64,000 bases of DNA from an uncultured bacterium (lineage in GTDB: Bacteria > Fidelibacterota > Marinisomatia > Marinisomatales > UBA1611), in contig CAZLPW010000004.1 of the NCBI GenBank assembly GCA_964561495.1, positions 4,003 through 68,002 of the forward strand, given 5' to 3'. The notes under the pieces are model-generated. The model was given only the letters and a program-made list of their open reading frames with translations. It had not been told where the DNA came from and did not search any database. Each line of letters begins with the position of its first letter. Within the stretch, counting starts at the first letter, position 1. This document shows, piece by piece, positions 39,223 through 49,997 of this stretch. The position numbers were made by a program, and so were the translations under genes.

Positions 39223-39732
39223 TTAATCTTTATTTTTGTATAAAGTAGCTATCGTTTGAGATGCCCAGCCTGAAGAATTCCCAACAAAACCAAGATAATC
39301 AGTAGTCGTTGCTTTGATTGAAATTTGGGATATTTTTATTTGTAAAGCCTCTGATAGCGTTTCTCTAATTAAAGGAATATACTTTTCTATTTTGGGTTTT
39401 TGTAAAATTACAGTGCTATCTAAATTATTTATTTTAAAACCAGCATCAAAAATTTTCCCAACAACGTGATTTACAAAATCAATACTTTTGACCCCTTCCC
39501 ATTTTTTTTCATGACTTGGGAAAAAAAGACCAATGTCTCCCAATGCCGCGGCACCCAAAAGAGAATCAACAATAGAATGAGTGAGGGCGTCTCCATCAGA
39601 GTGACCTACCGATCCTTTTTCAGATGGGATTTTTACACCGCCTACAACTAGTTTTTCTCCTTTGGAAAGAGCATGAACATCATAACCTATTCCACATCTA
39701 ACTAGCAAATTAATTTTTCCGCCCTTAGCCAA
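39223..39732 (-). CDS. ispF: 2-C-methyl-D-erythritol 2,4-cyclodiphosphate synthase
   Basis: GIGYDVH, GHSDGD...H...D, and DIG..FP. The start is uncertain: ATG at 39732, or the in-frame TTG at 39708, which fits family N-termini better. Confidence 0.9.
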   Translation of the reverse strand: MAKGGKINLLVRCGIGYDVHALSKGEKLVVGGVKIPSEKGSVGHSDGDALTHSIVDSLLGAAALGDIGLFFPSHEKKWEGVKSIDFVNHVVGKIFDAGFKINNLDSTVILQKPKIEKYIPLIRETLSEALQIKISQISIKATTTDYLGFVGNSSGWASQTIATLYKNKD

Positions 39733-40373
39733 TCTTTTTTGGTTGTAATCTTAAAGTTATCTTCATCTCCATCTACTAATTTAACTCTGTATCCCATTTC
39801 TTCCATTAACATAGATTCATCAGTAACAAACAATTTATTTTTTTCTCCATTTTTAGCTGCAATATTCAGCTTAGATTTACAAAATGCTTGGGGTGTTTGA
39901 GCAAGCCAGACGCTTTTTCTTTCAATGGTGTTTTTTACATTACCATTATAGCCTATTTTTATAGTATCACGACTAGGCACAGCCGTAATTGCACCATCTG
40001 AGTTTTCACACCCATTAATAGAATTATTAATTACTTCTTGTGTTAAAAATGGTCTAGCTGCATCGTGAATACAAACTAAATTTGATTTTTTACTTGAAGC
40101 TTCTATTCCATTCCTTACAGAAGTTTGCCTATCGTGCCCACCTTCAATAACAATTACAGGTTTTTTTGGAAAGGTTTTTAAAACAATATTTTGAACCCAC
40201 TTAATTTTTGTTTTGGGTACAACTAAAATTATTTCATTAACTCTATCACAATAATAAAATTGCCTTACACTATAAAAAACAAGAGGTAACCCCCCCAATT
40301 TTTTAAACTGTTTTTGTGCACCAAACCTTTGGCCTTCCCCAGCTGCTGGAATAATTGCTGAAACAAATTCCAT
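39702..40373 (-). CDS. ispD: 2-C-methyl-D-erythritol 4-phosphate cytidylyltransferase
   Basis: IIPAAGEGQRFG..KQF, HDAARPF and TPQ.F motifs. It overlaps ispF but is a separate gene, not a fusion. Confidence 0.9.
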   Translation of the reverse strand: MEFVSAIIPAAGEGQRFGAQKQFKKLGGLPLVFYSVRQFYYCDRVNEIILVVPKTKIKWVQNIVLKTFPKKPVIVIEGGHDRQTSVRNGIEASSKKSNLVCIHDAARPFLTQEVINNSINGCENSDGAITAVPSRDTIKIGYNGNVKNTIERKSVWLAQTPQAFCKSKLNIAAKNGEKNKLFVTDESMLMEEMGYRVKLVDGDEDNFKITTKKDWLRAEKLIC

Positions 40374-40398
40374 TTATAATTCTATCTGGTTTATAATT

Positions 40399-41451
40399 TT
40401 AGATAATCATCATAGCATCTCCATAACTAAGAAACCTATAGTTATGTTTTTTTGCTTCTCTGTATGCTTTCAAAATTAACTTTCTCCCTGCAAAGGCACC
40501 CACCATCATCATCAATGTGGATTTTGGAGAATGAAAATTTGTTATCATTTTATCTACCATCTTAAAATCATATGGGGGGTATATAAACTTATCTGTCCAT
40601 CCACGCTTAGGAGTAACCTGAAAACCTGAAATAGCTATAGTTTCCAAAGCCCTTACAGTAGACGTCCCAACTGCGATAATATTCCTATGCCTTTTCCGTG
40701 CTTTATTAATAGCCATTGCAGTAGCTGGAGATACTTCAAAATATTCAGAATCCATTTGGTGCCTATTTAAATCTTCCACTTGGACTGGTCTAAATGTTCC
40801 TAATCCTATATGAAGAGTTATATCATCTAGTATAACCCCTTTTTTATTTAATTTATTTATTAAATTATCTGTAAAGTGGAGCCCTGCAGTAGGAGCAGCT
40901 ACAGCTCCGCGCGTCGATGCATATACTGTCTGATAACGCTTTTTATCTTTTGAATCAGCTTCCCTATCAATGTATGGAGGTAAAGGACATATTCCTATTT
41001 TGTCGATAACATCATTCAAATTAACACCATCTAGTTCAAATCTTACAACTCTCCCACCAGAAACTGTGTTATCGATCACATCGCACATAAGCTTAGGTGT
41101 AAACATCAACTTATTCCCAATTCGCACTTTACGTGCAGGCCGAACCATTACTTCCCATAAATTTTCAGATAGTTCTCGCAAAAGAAAAACTTCTACTTTA
41201 GCTTCTGTTCTATCTTTGTTTGCATAGAGCCTAGCTGGAAAAACTTTAGTATTATTTAATACTAACAAATCATTTTTTCTCATATATTGGGAAATATCAG
41301 TAAACTTCCTATGCTCAATTTCACCAGACTGCTTATGGACAACCATTAATTTGGATCCATCTCTTCTCGGAGAAGGGTGTTGAGCAATAAATTTTTTTGG
41401 TAATGGGTAATTAAAATCACCTAGTTTGTATTTTTTCTTTTTTTCAATCAT
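40399..41451 (-). CDS. queA: S-adenosylmethionine:tRNA ribosyltransferase-isomerase
   Basis: D.F.Y.LP...[21 protein letters not shown] and F.SYGDAM.I motifs. Confidence 0.95.
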   Translation of the reverse strand: MIEKKKKYKLGDFNYPLPKKFIAQHPSPRRDGSKLMVVHKQSGEIEHRKFTDISQYMRKNDLLVLNNTKVFPARLYANKDRTEAKVEVFLLRELSENLWEVMVRPARKVRIGNKLMFTPKLMCDVIDNTVSGGRVVRFELDGVNLNDVIDKIGICPLPPYIDREADSKDKKRYQTVYASTRGAVAAPTAGLHFTDNLINKLNKKGVILDDITLHIGLGTFRPVQVEDLNRHQMDSEYFEVSPATAMAINKARKRHRNIIAVGTSTVRALETIAISGFQVTPKRGWTDKFIYPPYDFKMVDKMITNFHSPKSTLMMMVGAFAGRKLILKAYREAKKHNYRFLSYGDAMMII

Positions 41452-42470
41452 TTAAATAGTCTTTGTTGGTTAGTTGTTATTTTTTTTCCTAGTAATTTGA
41501 ATGCCGATTCTTGTGCAATTCGACCTCTTGAAGTTCGTTGGATAAATCCCTCTTTTATTAAAAACGGTTCATATACATCCTCAATTGTTGAAGAATCTTC
41601 TCCTATAGCGACTGCCAAAGATTTAACTCCGACTGGACCACCTGTAAACTTATCTACAAGTGTATGTAATATTTTTCTATCCATATCATCTAAGCCTATT
41701 TCATCAATGCCAAGAGCGTCAAGAGCTGACTTTGCCACATTAGCGTCAATGGCCCCACCAGCTTTAATTTCAGCATAATCACGCGACCTTCGCAAAATTC
41801 TATTTGCAATCCTTGGAGTCCCTCTACTTCGACGAGCCAATTCCATTGCACCACTATCATCTATCTGAACTCCTAAAATATTCGCAGAACGAACTACAAT
41901 ATGAAATAAGTCTTCTGGTTTATAATAATCTAGACGTAAAACCACACCAAATCTATCTCTTAATGGAGATGTTAAATTGCCAAGTCTAGTTGTTGCACCA
42001 ACCAAAGTAAATGGCTCAATATTTAATTGAACACTTCGTGCACTAGGCCCTTTATCAATCATGATATCTATGACATAATCCTCCATTGCAGAGTAAAGAT
42101 ATTCCTCAACAACACTATTTAGTCTATGAATTTCATCAATAAAAAAAACATCTCTGTTTTCAAGATTTGTAATAACCCCCGCTAAATCTCCAGCTCTTTC
42201 AATTACAGGCCCTGAAGTTTGTCTAATTCCTACATTTAATTCTTTTGAAATAATATTAGCCAATGTTGTCTTGCCGAGTCCAGGTGGCCCAAATAATAAT
42301 ACATGATCTAATGCATCATTTCTTTTATTAGATGCTTCAATATATAGTTTTAAGTTATCAACAATCTCTTTTTGCCCAATAAATTCATCAAATTTTGAAG
42401 GTCGAAGCGAATTTTCTAATACAATATCATCATTTAGAGGTTCTGGATCAGTAATATGTAAATCTGTCAT
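41448..42470 (-). CDS. ruvB: Holliday junction branch migration helicase RuvB
   Basis: [42 protein letters not shown] and [12 protein letters not shown] motifs. Confidence 0.95.
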   Translation of the reverse strand: MTDLHITDPEPLNDDIVLENSLRPSKFDEFIGQKEIVDNLKLYIEASNKRNDALDHVLLFGPPGLGKTTLANIISKELNVGIRQTSGPVIERAGDLAGVITNLENRDVFFIDEIHRLNSVVEEYLYSAMEDYVIDIMIDKGPSARSVQLNIEPFTLVGATTRLGNLTSPLRDRFGVVLRLDYYKPEDLFHIVVRSANILGVQIDDSGAMELARRSRGTPRIANRILRRSRDYAEIKAGGAIDANVAKSALDALGIDEIGLDDMDRKILHTLVDKFTGGPVGVKSLAVAIGEDSSTIEDVYEPFLIKEGFIQRTSRGRIAQESAFKLLGKKITTNQQRLFK

Positions 42471-42567
42471 TAAATAAAATTATAATTATTAAGCTAAAAT
42501 CTAATTATAATAATAACATGAGAAATAAAGAACACAAAGAGAAGTAATAAAAAAATTTATCAAGATA

Positions 42568-45399
42568 TCATTTGTTCTTTAAGGCCTTTTCCAAAAATAT
42601 TCCTGTATATGAATCTTTTACTTTGCAAACAGCTTCGGGCTCTCCTGTAGCAATTACACAACCACCATCGTTTCCTCCTTCTGGACCTAAATCGATAATA
42701 AAATCTGCGCTTTTTATAACATCCATGTTATGTTCAATAACTATTACAGTATTTCCTCTACTCACTAATATTTTTAATACAGAGAGCAACATTTTTATAT
42801 CTTCAAAGTGTAACCCCGTAGTAGGTTCATCCAAAATATAAATAGTTTTTGATGTACCCATTTTTGATAATTCTGAACTTAATTTTATGCGCTGGGCTTC
42901 TCCTCCTGACAACGTTGTTGCCTGTTGTCCCAATTGAATATATCCTAACCCAACATCTGACAAAGTTTGCAAACGTTTTTTTATAGGATTAATATTTGAA
43001 AAAAAATCTAAAGCATCATTAACTGCCATATTCAATATATCTGCAATGCTTTTAGACCTGTATTTTATTTCCAGCGTTTCACGATTATATCGTTTGCCCT
43101 GACAAATATCACATTTTACATAGACATCTGGTAAAAAATTCATAACAATTTTTATTATACCATCACCCTCACACGATTCACATCTCCCCCCCTTGACATT
43201 AAAAGAAAATCGTCCTGGTTTATAGCCTCGTATTTTTGAATCTGGCAATTGAGCATATAAATCCCTTACATGTGTAAAAACACCAGTGTAAGTAGCAGGA
43301 TTTGAACGAGGAGTCCGCCCAATAGGTTTTTGATCTATATTTATAACTTTATCTAAAAATTCAATCCCCGTTATTGATTCATATTTTAATGGATAGGAAG
43401 GAAAAGATGTTAATTCTTTTCGCAAAGCTGGGAATAATGTTTCATTAATCAAAGTACTTTTCCCACTTCCTGATACTCCAGTTACCACAATAAATTGACC
43501 TAATGGAAAATCTACATTTATAGATTGTAAATTATTTCCACATGCTCCTTTTATCTTTAAAATTTTATTTCGCGTTTTTCTTCTAATTTTAGGAATTGGA
43601 ATCTTCTTCTTACCTGTTATATATTTTGCAGTTAAGGATAATTTTGCATCTTCCAATCTAGAGGGCTCACCAGCAAAAGTAACTTCCCCCCCAAAGCGCC
43701 CAGCTCCCGGGCCTATATCAACAACATAGTCAGCCGATTTAATTGTTTCTTTATCATGCTCTACAACTAAAATGGTATTCCCAATATCCCTAAGAGATTT
43801 TAAAGTTTCTAACAACCGCGTATTATCTCTAGGATGCAAACCAATAGACGGCTCATCTAACACATAAAGGACTCCTACCAATTGTGAACCTATTTGAGAA
43901 GCTAAACGTATACGCTGGGCCTCCCCTCCTGAAAGTGTCATTGCAGCACGATTTAAAGTTAAATATTCCAATCCAACATTTATTAGAAAAGACAAACGCT
44001 GAGAAATTTCATTTAAAATTTGTTCGGCAATTTTGAATTCCATTTTTGTAAGATTTAATTGACCAAAAAATAATTTTGCATTTTTTATAGACATCGATGA
44101 AATAGAACCAATAGTATTTTTATTAATTTTAACCGCTAATGATTCTTTTTTAAGACGATCCCCATTGCATGCTTGGCAAGGCCGCATGCTCATATATTGC
44201 TCTATCCAAGTTCTAACTCTGGATGAATTTGTCTGGCTATAACGTCTTATTAAATTAGGAATCACGCCCTCCCAGCCACCAGTATAAGTTCCTGACCATC
44301 GATCAGAAGAATAATTCATTTTATACTGATTTTTCCCACTTCCAAATAAAAGCACTTGCCTAGTATCTGGGTTTAATTTGAACCAAGGAGTCGAAAAATT
44401 AAAATTAATATGCAAGGATAAACTTTTTAAGATATTCCCATACCAGTTACCTCTTGGTTGCTCTCCTAGTGGAGCTATCGCCCCCTGAATGAGACTTTTC
44501 GATTTATCTGGAATAACTAAATTAGGATCAACTTCCATATTAGACCCGATACCATCACAGTCTTCACACGCACCATAAGGAGAATTAAACGAAAACATTC
44601 TAGGAGTTATTTCTTCCAAACTAATTTCACAATCAGAACATGCTAAATGTTCGCTAAAAATAAACTCAGCCCCATCAATTTCTTTTACTGAAACTAACCC
44701 ATTCCCAATATTTAGTGCGAGTTCAATGGATTCTGTGATACGCTCATTCATTTGTTTTTTAATAATTAATCTATCAATAACAACTTCAATATTATGTTTT
44801 TTGTTTTTATTTATTTGGAATTTTTCTCCAATATTATACACAACCCCATCAACCCTAACTCTTAAAAATCCATCTTTCTTTATTTTTTCTAAAAGGGCTT
44901 TGTGTTGACCCTTTCTTCCTCTTATTACAGGTGCAAGAATTAAAATTTTTGCTTCTTTTTTTAATTTCTTTATTGTATCTACTATTTGCTGAACTGTTTG
45001 CTTTTTTACTGGCTTATCACACTTCCAACAATGAGGTGTACCAACATGAGTAAATAATAATCGAAGATAATCGTGAATTTCAGTTACCGTTCCAACAGTT
45101 GATCTCGGATTTCTTAAACTAGTTTTTTGCTCTATTGAAATAGCTGGAGACAAGCCCTCTATGGAATCGACATCTGGTTTCTCCATTAACCCTAAAAATT
45201 GTCTTGCATAGGAAGATAATGACTCTACATAGCGACGCTGCCCTTCAGCGTAAATAGTATCAAAAGCAAGAGAAGATTTACCTGAACCTGATAAACCCGT
45301 TATTACGACTAATTTGTCTCTTGGAATTTCAACATCTATGTTTTTTAAGTTATGCTGGCGGGCACCTTTGACAATTATTTTTTCTTTATATTTTTTCAT
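42568..45399 (-). CDS. uvrA: Excinuclease ABC subunit A
   Basis: Two ABC ATPase modules ([12 protein letters not shown] and [17 protein letters not shown] twice) and zinc-finger Cys clusters. I took the ATG at 45399 as the start; the in-frame TTG at 45408 is an alternative. Confidence 0.95.
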   Translation of the reverse strand: MKKYKEKIIVKGARQHNLKNIDVEIPRDKLVVITGLSGSGKSSLAFDTIYAEGQRRYVESLSSYARQFLGLMEKPDVDSIEGLSPAISIEQKTSLRNPRSTVGTVTEIHDYLRLLFTHVGTPHCWKCDKPVKKQTVQQIVDTIKKLKKEAKILILAPVIRGRKGQHKALLEKIKKDGFLRVRVDGVVYNIGEKFQINKNKKHNIEVVIDRLIIKKQMNERITESIELALNIGNGLVSVKEIDGAEFIFSEHLACSDCEISLEEITPRMFSFNSPYGACEDCDGIGSNMEVDPNLVIPDKSKSLIQGAIAPLGEQPRGNWYGNILKSLSLHINFNFSTPWFKLNPDTRQVLLFGSGKNQYKMNYSSDRWSGTYTGGWEGVIPNLIRRYSQTNSSRVRTWIEQYMSMRPCQACNGDRLKKESLAVKINKNTIGSISSMSIKNAKLFFGQLNLTKMEFKIAEQILNEISQRLSFLINVGLEYLTLNRAAMTLSGGEAQRIRLASQIGSQLVGVLYVLDEPSIGLHPRDNTRLLETLKSLRDIGNTILVVEHDKETIKSADYVVDIGPGAGRFGGEVTFAGEPSRLEDAKLSLTAKYITGKKKIPIPKIRRKTRNKILKIKGACGNNLQSINVDFPLGQFIVVTGVSGSGKSTLINETLFPALRKELTSFPSYPLKYESITGIEFLDKVINIDQKPIGRTPRSNPATYTGVFTHVRDLYAQLPDSKIRGYKPGRFSFNVKGGRCESCEGDGIIKIVMNFLPDVYVKCDICQGKRYNRETLEIKYRSKSIADILNMAVNDALDFFSNINPIKKRLQTLSDVGLGYIQLGQQATTLSGGEAQRIKLSSELSKMGTSKTIYILDEPTTGLHFEDIKMLLSVLKILVSRGNTVIVIEHNMDVIKSADFIIDLGPEGGNDGGCVIATGEPEAVCKVKDSYTGIFLEKALKNK

Positions 45400-45478
45400 T
45401 TTTAACAAATCTCTTATTATTTGTTATTTTGGTCAACATCAAACTTAAAGGATTTGTAATTTATAGTTGAATTAATAA

Positions 45479-46051
45479 GTGCAAAAATCTAGAGTGCAAA
45501 TTTCATCAAAAAATAAAATTTTAATTTCGATGCCAAATATTGTGGATCCCTGTTTTTCTAATTCAGTTATATTACTTTGTGAACACAACAAAAAAGGAGC
45601 AATGGGAATTATAATTAATAAAATAATTGATGAATCAATCCTTGATCAAATAATTGATGAAAAATATTATACTGGTATATTACCAGAACCATCTCCCCCA
45701 GATATTTTTTTTGGTGGACCAATATTAATCAACAAGGGCTTCATTTTACACCGGTCATATAATAAAACAAAAAATACAATCAAAATTTCTAATAATTTTT
45801 CTATTACTGATTACAAAAATGCAGAATCATTGATTAATAAAAATAATAAATTCGATTATAAATTGGTTTTTGGCCATGCTGGTTGGTCAGCTGGTCAATT
45901 AGAACAGGAAATCAAAAAAGGTGACTGGTTAATACAAAATATAAACCCTGATTTTGTTTTTAACGAAGACTGTGATAAAATGTGGGATAATGCAACTTCA
46001 AGCTTAGGTTTTGAATCAGGGGCAATCACAATTATAAATGCTAAAGCATAA
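45479..46051 (+). CDS. YqgE/AlgH family protein
   Basis: ILISMPNIVDP.F..SVILLCEHN..GAMGIIINK and GGP motifs; FGHAGWSAGQLE.EI..G.W. GTG start. Confidence 0.85.
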   Translation: MQKSRVQISSKNKILISMPNIVDPCFSNSVILLCEHNKKGAMGIIINKIIDESILDQIIDEKYYTGILPEPSPPDIFFGGPILINKGFILHRSYNKTKNTIKISNNFSITDYKNAESLINKNNKFDYKLVFGHAGWSAGQLEQEIKKGDWLIQNINPDFVFNEDCDKMWDNATSSLGFESGAITIINAKA

Positions 46052-46168
46052 TTATAATACTAACTATTACCTTAGAAAAAATTTAGAATTAAATTTATCT
46101 AACTTTATACATAAAAAGATTTTCTTCTTGATTTTACATTAATGAATCTTGAAAATAGAAGCTGATAA

Positions 46169-46549
46169 ATGATTAATTTAATTAAGCAAAAACACATTTT
46201 AATATCTTTGCTGGCTTTTTTGTGCTTTATGGCCTGTGCGAAGCAAGACCCTGCTAGACATTTAAATTTAGGAAATTGGTACTTAGAAAAAGGCTTGATC
46301 GATGAAGCTATCTTAGAATATCGTGAAGTTTCTCGAATGTATTCATCTGATCAAAGCCAACTAACTAGAGAACAATTCGATATTTTGGGAAAAGCTCACT
46401 TTAAACTAGCTATCGCATATACAAAAAAAGGCTGGTGGGAATATGCCCTAAGCGAGGCAAAAATTAGTTTTGATGTACAGCCTAACAAAGATAGCCATGA
46501 TCTTGTTCAGTTAATTGAACAAAAAATTGCTTTAAAAAATAATTCATAG
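46169..46549 (+). CDS. Small TPR-like lipoprotein
   Basis: Lipobox-like LCFMAC after a hydrophobic leader, followed by TPR-like helices (LGNWYLEKGLIDEAILEYREV...). Confidence 0.55.
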   Translation: MINLIKQKHILISLLAFLCFMACAKQDPARHLNLGNWYLEKGLIDEAILEYREVSRMYSSDQSQLTREQFDILGKAHFKLAIAYTKKGWWEYALSEAKISFDVQPNKDSHDLVQLIEQKIALKNNS

Positions 46550-46571
46550 AACAATTTTTAGTATAAATTTT

Positions 46572-47354
46572 TTAAATCGTCCCAGATCTATGCTCTCCAC
46601 CATCACAATAGATTATAGAACAATTAATAAAATCAGCCTCTGGTTTCAAAAGCATTGAAATGGTAGCCGCAATATCTTCTGGAGTTGTGGTCCTTCGCAT
46701 TGGATTGCGTTTTTTCGTATTCTCAACCCAATTCTCCCAGTCTTTAGTTATTTTTGTAAGAGCCCTTGTAGGTGTTATTCCAGCTTGAATTGTATTTGCG
46801 GTAATTCCCGCATGCCCCAGTTCCCATCCAATTTGTCTAATTATTGCTTCCATTGCAACCTTAGCAACACTAACAGGCCCATAACCATCCATAGCTAAAT
46901 AATTCCCTTCGCTTGTTAATCCCATTATTCTAGAACCAGCGCTTAATAAATCAGCATTATATAGACTTTGGGTCCAATATAATAATGAATTACCCATTAC
47001 ATGAATAGTCATATCCATTTGACGCTGGGTAACAGGTTTATCTCCAAAAAAATTAGTTGTTGTTCCAAACGCAATAGAATGAAGAAAAAGCTTAAGAGAG
47101 CCACCAGATGTGATGTTTTTTATTTCTGGTAGGTATTTTTCAATTGCCTCCGCTGATGCTGCATTAGTATTGAAATAAACAGATTTGCCACCATTTAAAT
47201 CATTCACATCATTAATAGTTTTTTCAGCTTCTTTTTTCGCCTCTCCTCTATCAAAATGAAACCCTATTATACCATAACCTTCCATAGCTAACCGCTTTGC
47301 AGTAGCGCCACCATGACCTGTTGAAGCACCAAGTATTAATACCCATTTTGACAT
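46572..47354 (-). CDS. SDR-family enoyl-ACP reductase-like protein (FabL/FabI type)
   Basis: N-terminal Rossmann LILGASTGHGGATA. The catalytic spacing is Y-x6-K (YGPVSVAK), which is characteristic of enoyl reductases and differs from the classical SDR YxxxK. It is transcribed divergently from fabA. Confidence 0.55.
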   Translation of the reverse strand: MSKWVLILGASTGHGGATAKRLAMEGYGIIGFHFDRGEAKKEAEKTINDVNDLNGGKSVYFNTNAASAEAIEKYLPEIKNITSGGSLKLFLHSIAFGTTTNFFGDKPVTQRQMDMTIHVMGNSLLYWTQSLYNADLLSAGSRIMGLTSEGNYLAMDGYGPVSVAKVAMEAIIRQIGWELGHAGITANTIQAGITPTRALTKITKDWENWVENTKKRNPMRRTTTPEDIAATISMLLKPEADFINCSIIYCDGGEHRSGTI

Positions 47355-47480
47355 ACCTTCTCCTATTATTTCCGTAATAAATTTACCTGATTTATTTATA
47401 ATGTTATATAATGAAAGAACAATTTATTTATGATAAATTCACGGTTTAATAATTTTTTTTAATTTTCTAAATCAATAAAA

Positions 47481-48026
47481 ATGTCACAAAAAAACTCGTT
47501 CACAAAAAAAGACCTTCTGCAATGCGCTTCAGGTGATTTATTTACAAAAGAACATAGCCGCGTTCCCACCGATCCAATGTTAATGATAGATAGAATAACA
47601 AATATTTCATCTGAGGGCGGTAATTTCAATAGAGGAGTAATTAAAGCCGAAAAAGATATTAATGAAAAAAACTGGTTTTTTCACTCTCATTTTATTGGCG
47701 ACCCTGTAATGCCTGGATGTCTCGGCCTTGATGGCTTTTGGCAATTAACTGGTTTTTTCCTAACCTGGTATGGCTGCACTGGAAGAGGGCGGGCGCTGGG
47801 TGTCGGGAATGTAAAGTTTAAGGGGCAAGTAAGACCTTATCATGATGTCATTACATATAAAATTGATGTGAAAAGAATTATTAAAAAGCCAATACCCATG
47901 ATTTGGGCTGATGGCGGATTATTCATTAACAACAAACAAATTTATTTTGCTAATGGACTACAGGTTGGTCTTTTTAAAAACTTAACATACGATTTTGGTG
48001 GCGACCCCACCTCAGACTCATTCTAA
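47481..48026 (+). CDS. fabA: 3-hydroxydecanoyl-ACP dehydratase/isomerase
   Basis: Near-identity to the E. coli FabA active-site block: FFHSHFIGDPVMPGCLGLDGFWQL here versus FF.CHFIGDPVMPGCLGLDA.WQL. 181 aa. Confidence 0.9.
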   Translation: MSQKNSFTKKDLLQCASGDLFTKEHSRVPTDPMLMIDRITNISSEGGNFNRGVIKAEKDINEKNWFFHSHFIGDPVMPGCLGLDGFWQLTGFFLTWYGCTGRGRALGVGNVKFKGQVRPYHDVITYKIDVKRIIKKPIPMIWADGGLFINNKQIYFANGLQVGLFKNLTYDFGGDPTSDSF

Positions 48027-48035
48027 AAAACTAAA

Positions 48036-49136
48036 ATGGCTCTAAAATGTGGTATTATTGGTATGCCAAATGTTGGGAAATCAACAATTTTTAATGCCTT
48101 AACATCAGCTGATATCTCCGCTGAAAATTATCCGTTTTGTACCATTGATCCTCATGTAGGTATTGTAGAAGTACCAGACCCTAAACTATATAAAATAGCT
48201 GATCTAATTAACCCTGAAAAAATCACTCCGACTACCGTAACCTTTACTGATATTGCTGGTTTAGTTAAGGGTGCAAGTAAAGGAGAAGGATTAGGAAATA
48301 AATTTTTATCCCATATAAGAGAAGTTGACGCAATTTTACATGTTGTCAGATGTTTTGAAGATAAGGAAATTACACATGTAGAAGGGAGGGTTGACCCTAT
48401 CGATGATGCATATATTATTGAAACAGAATTATTATTATCAGACATAGAAACAATAGAAAATCGATTATTAAAAACTGAGAAAAAATTAAAATCAAATCAC
48501 CACGAGATTAAAAAAGAATATGAATTATTGAAACGCTTATCTAATCATTGTAATAATGGTCTATCAGCAAAAATATTTTCATTTTTACCCAATGAACAAA
48601 AACTGATCAAATCTTTAAATTTGTTAACCTTAAAGCCAATACTATTTATCGCAAACCTAGAAGAAAAATCCCTTCTTGATCGTACAAATAATAAATTAGT
48701 ATTAGCTTTAAATAAATTTGCACAAAAAAACAAAGAGGAAATTGTTTTTTTGTGTGGAAAAATAGAACAAGAAATATCTACTTTAGCAACAAATGAAAAA
48801 CAGATTTTTTTAAAAGAATATAATTTAACAGAGCCTGGTTTATTCAAGTTAATCAATAAAACTTATAAACTTCTTGGTTTGAATAATTTTTATACTTGCG
48901 GGCCAAAAGAAGTTCGCTCTTGGACGATTTCTAACAAATCAACAGCGCAAGAAGCAGCTGGCACTATACATACTGATTTCCAGCGTGGATTTATAAAAGC
49001 TGAAATTTATCATAGTTCAGATCTTATCCGACTAGGGTCAGAAAAGGCTGTAAAAGAAGCTGGTTTAGTAAAGCTGGAAGGTAAAAATTATTTAGTGAAA
49101 AACGGTGACTGTATTTACTTCAGATTTAACGTATGA
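48036..49136 (+). CDS. ychF: Redox-regulated ATPase YchF (OLA1 family)
   Basis: GIIGMPNVGKSTIFNA, DIAGLV.GASKGEGLGN.FL, and the C-terminal TGS-like region (G.YLVKNGD...FRFNV). Confidence 0.95.
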   Translation: MALKCGIIGMPNVGKSTIFNALTSADISAENYPFCTIDPHVGIVEVPDPKLYKIADLINPEKITPTTVTFTDIAGLVKGASKGEGLGNKFLSHIREVDAILHVVRCFEDKEITHVEGRVDPIDDAYIIETELLLSDIETIENRLLKTEKKLKSNHHEIKKEYELLKRLSNHCNNGLSAKIFSFLPNEQKLIKSLNLLTLKPILFIANLEEKSLLDRTNNKLVLALNKFAQKNKEEIVFLCGKIEQEISTLATNEKQIFLKEYNLTEPGLFKLINKTYKLLGLNNFYTCGPKEVRSWTISNKSTAQEAAGTIHTDFQRGFIKAEIYHSSDLIRLGSEKAVKEAGLVKLEGKNYLVKNGDCIYFRFNV

Positions 49137-49159
49137 AAATATAAATAATAATTTATTAA

Positions 49160-49822
49160 CTATTCATCTTCATACTCATCTTCCCAATCATCTTCATATT
49201 CATCGCCATAATAATAATCTTGAGGGGGATAAGCATAATAGGGGTTTTGCATCATATCATAAGGGTTATGCATAGCGGGTGCTTCTTGTTTATTTTCCGC
49301 ATCATTATTTTTAACTGGTGCAGGCGCTTCTTGCTTAACAACTATTACTTTAGGCTCGGATTCAGTTTTATTTGAGTTTTCTGTTTTTTCTAACGCTTTT
49401 TTGACCCACTCTCGATCCGAATCTGTAAGTGTCAAAGATGCTTTTTGATAATTTGATTTAGAACCAATTATTTGATTTCTAAACAAAATACCAGTAAGAA
49501 TAGAAAAAAATAGAATTACCAAAGATATCAAAGAACCCTCTACCCGAAAATCATATCCACCATGCAAATGTTGTTTTACACCAAAGGACAAAAAAACTCC
49601 GAGTGAAAGTAAAATTCCAAATAAAATAATTAGATTCCCTAATTGACTCGGCTCAGGTGGCCTAGACTCCATCACTAACATATACATAAACCACACTAAT
49701 ATCCCTGCAATTGCAATAACAATACTCATTATTGGCTCACCCAAAAGAAGTGATACAAAAAAACCCACGACACCGGCAGAGGGAATTATGTATCCTAAAC
49801 CGGACTTTATGTCGTTAGCCAT
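49160..49822 (-). CDS. Hypothetical membrane protein with Tyr/Asp/Glu-rich C-terminal tail
   Basis: About four predicted TM helices, then a soluble region ending ...NPYYAYPPQDYYYGDEYEDDWEDEYEDE. I recognise no family. Confidence 0.45.
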   Translation of the reverse strand: MANDIKSGLGYIIPSAGVVGFFVSLLLGEPIMSIVIAIAGILVWFMYMLVMESRPPEPSQLGNLIILFGILLSLGVFLSFGVKQHLHGGYDFRVEGSLISLVILFFSILTGILFRNQIIGSKSNYQKASLTLTDSDREWVKKALEKTENSNKTESEPKVIVVKQEAPAPVKNNDAENKQEAPAMHNPYDMMQNPYYAYPPQDYYYGDEYEDDWEDEYEDE

Positions 49823-49997
49823 AGAAACGCCCCATATTTAATTCGAATTACGCCGAAAATTGCCAGAAATAAAAGCATAAAAGCAAGATTTTAATAAATT
49901 ATCATTCAGAAAAATATTGAGGCAATAAAATAAACTATTTTCATAAAATTAAGTTAGTTTTTCTGCTTATTTCTATATTGTAATTTCTAATATTATA

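Noticed and set aside
47421-47439. Inverted repeat AATTTAT-N5-ATAAATT in the fabA / reductase divergent promoter region, considered as a possible FabR/FadR-like operator.
   Set aside because: It is a 7-bp stem made only of A and T in a highly AT-rich spacer, so it is easily produced by chance. It does not resemble any operator consensus I know.
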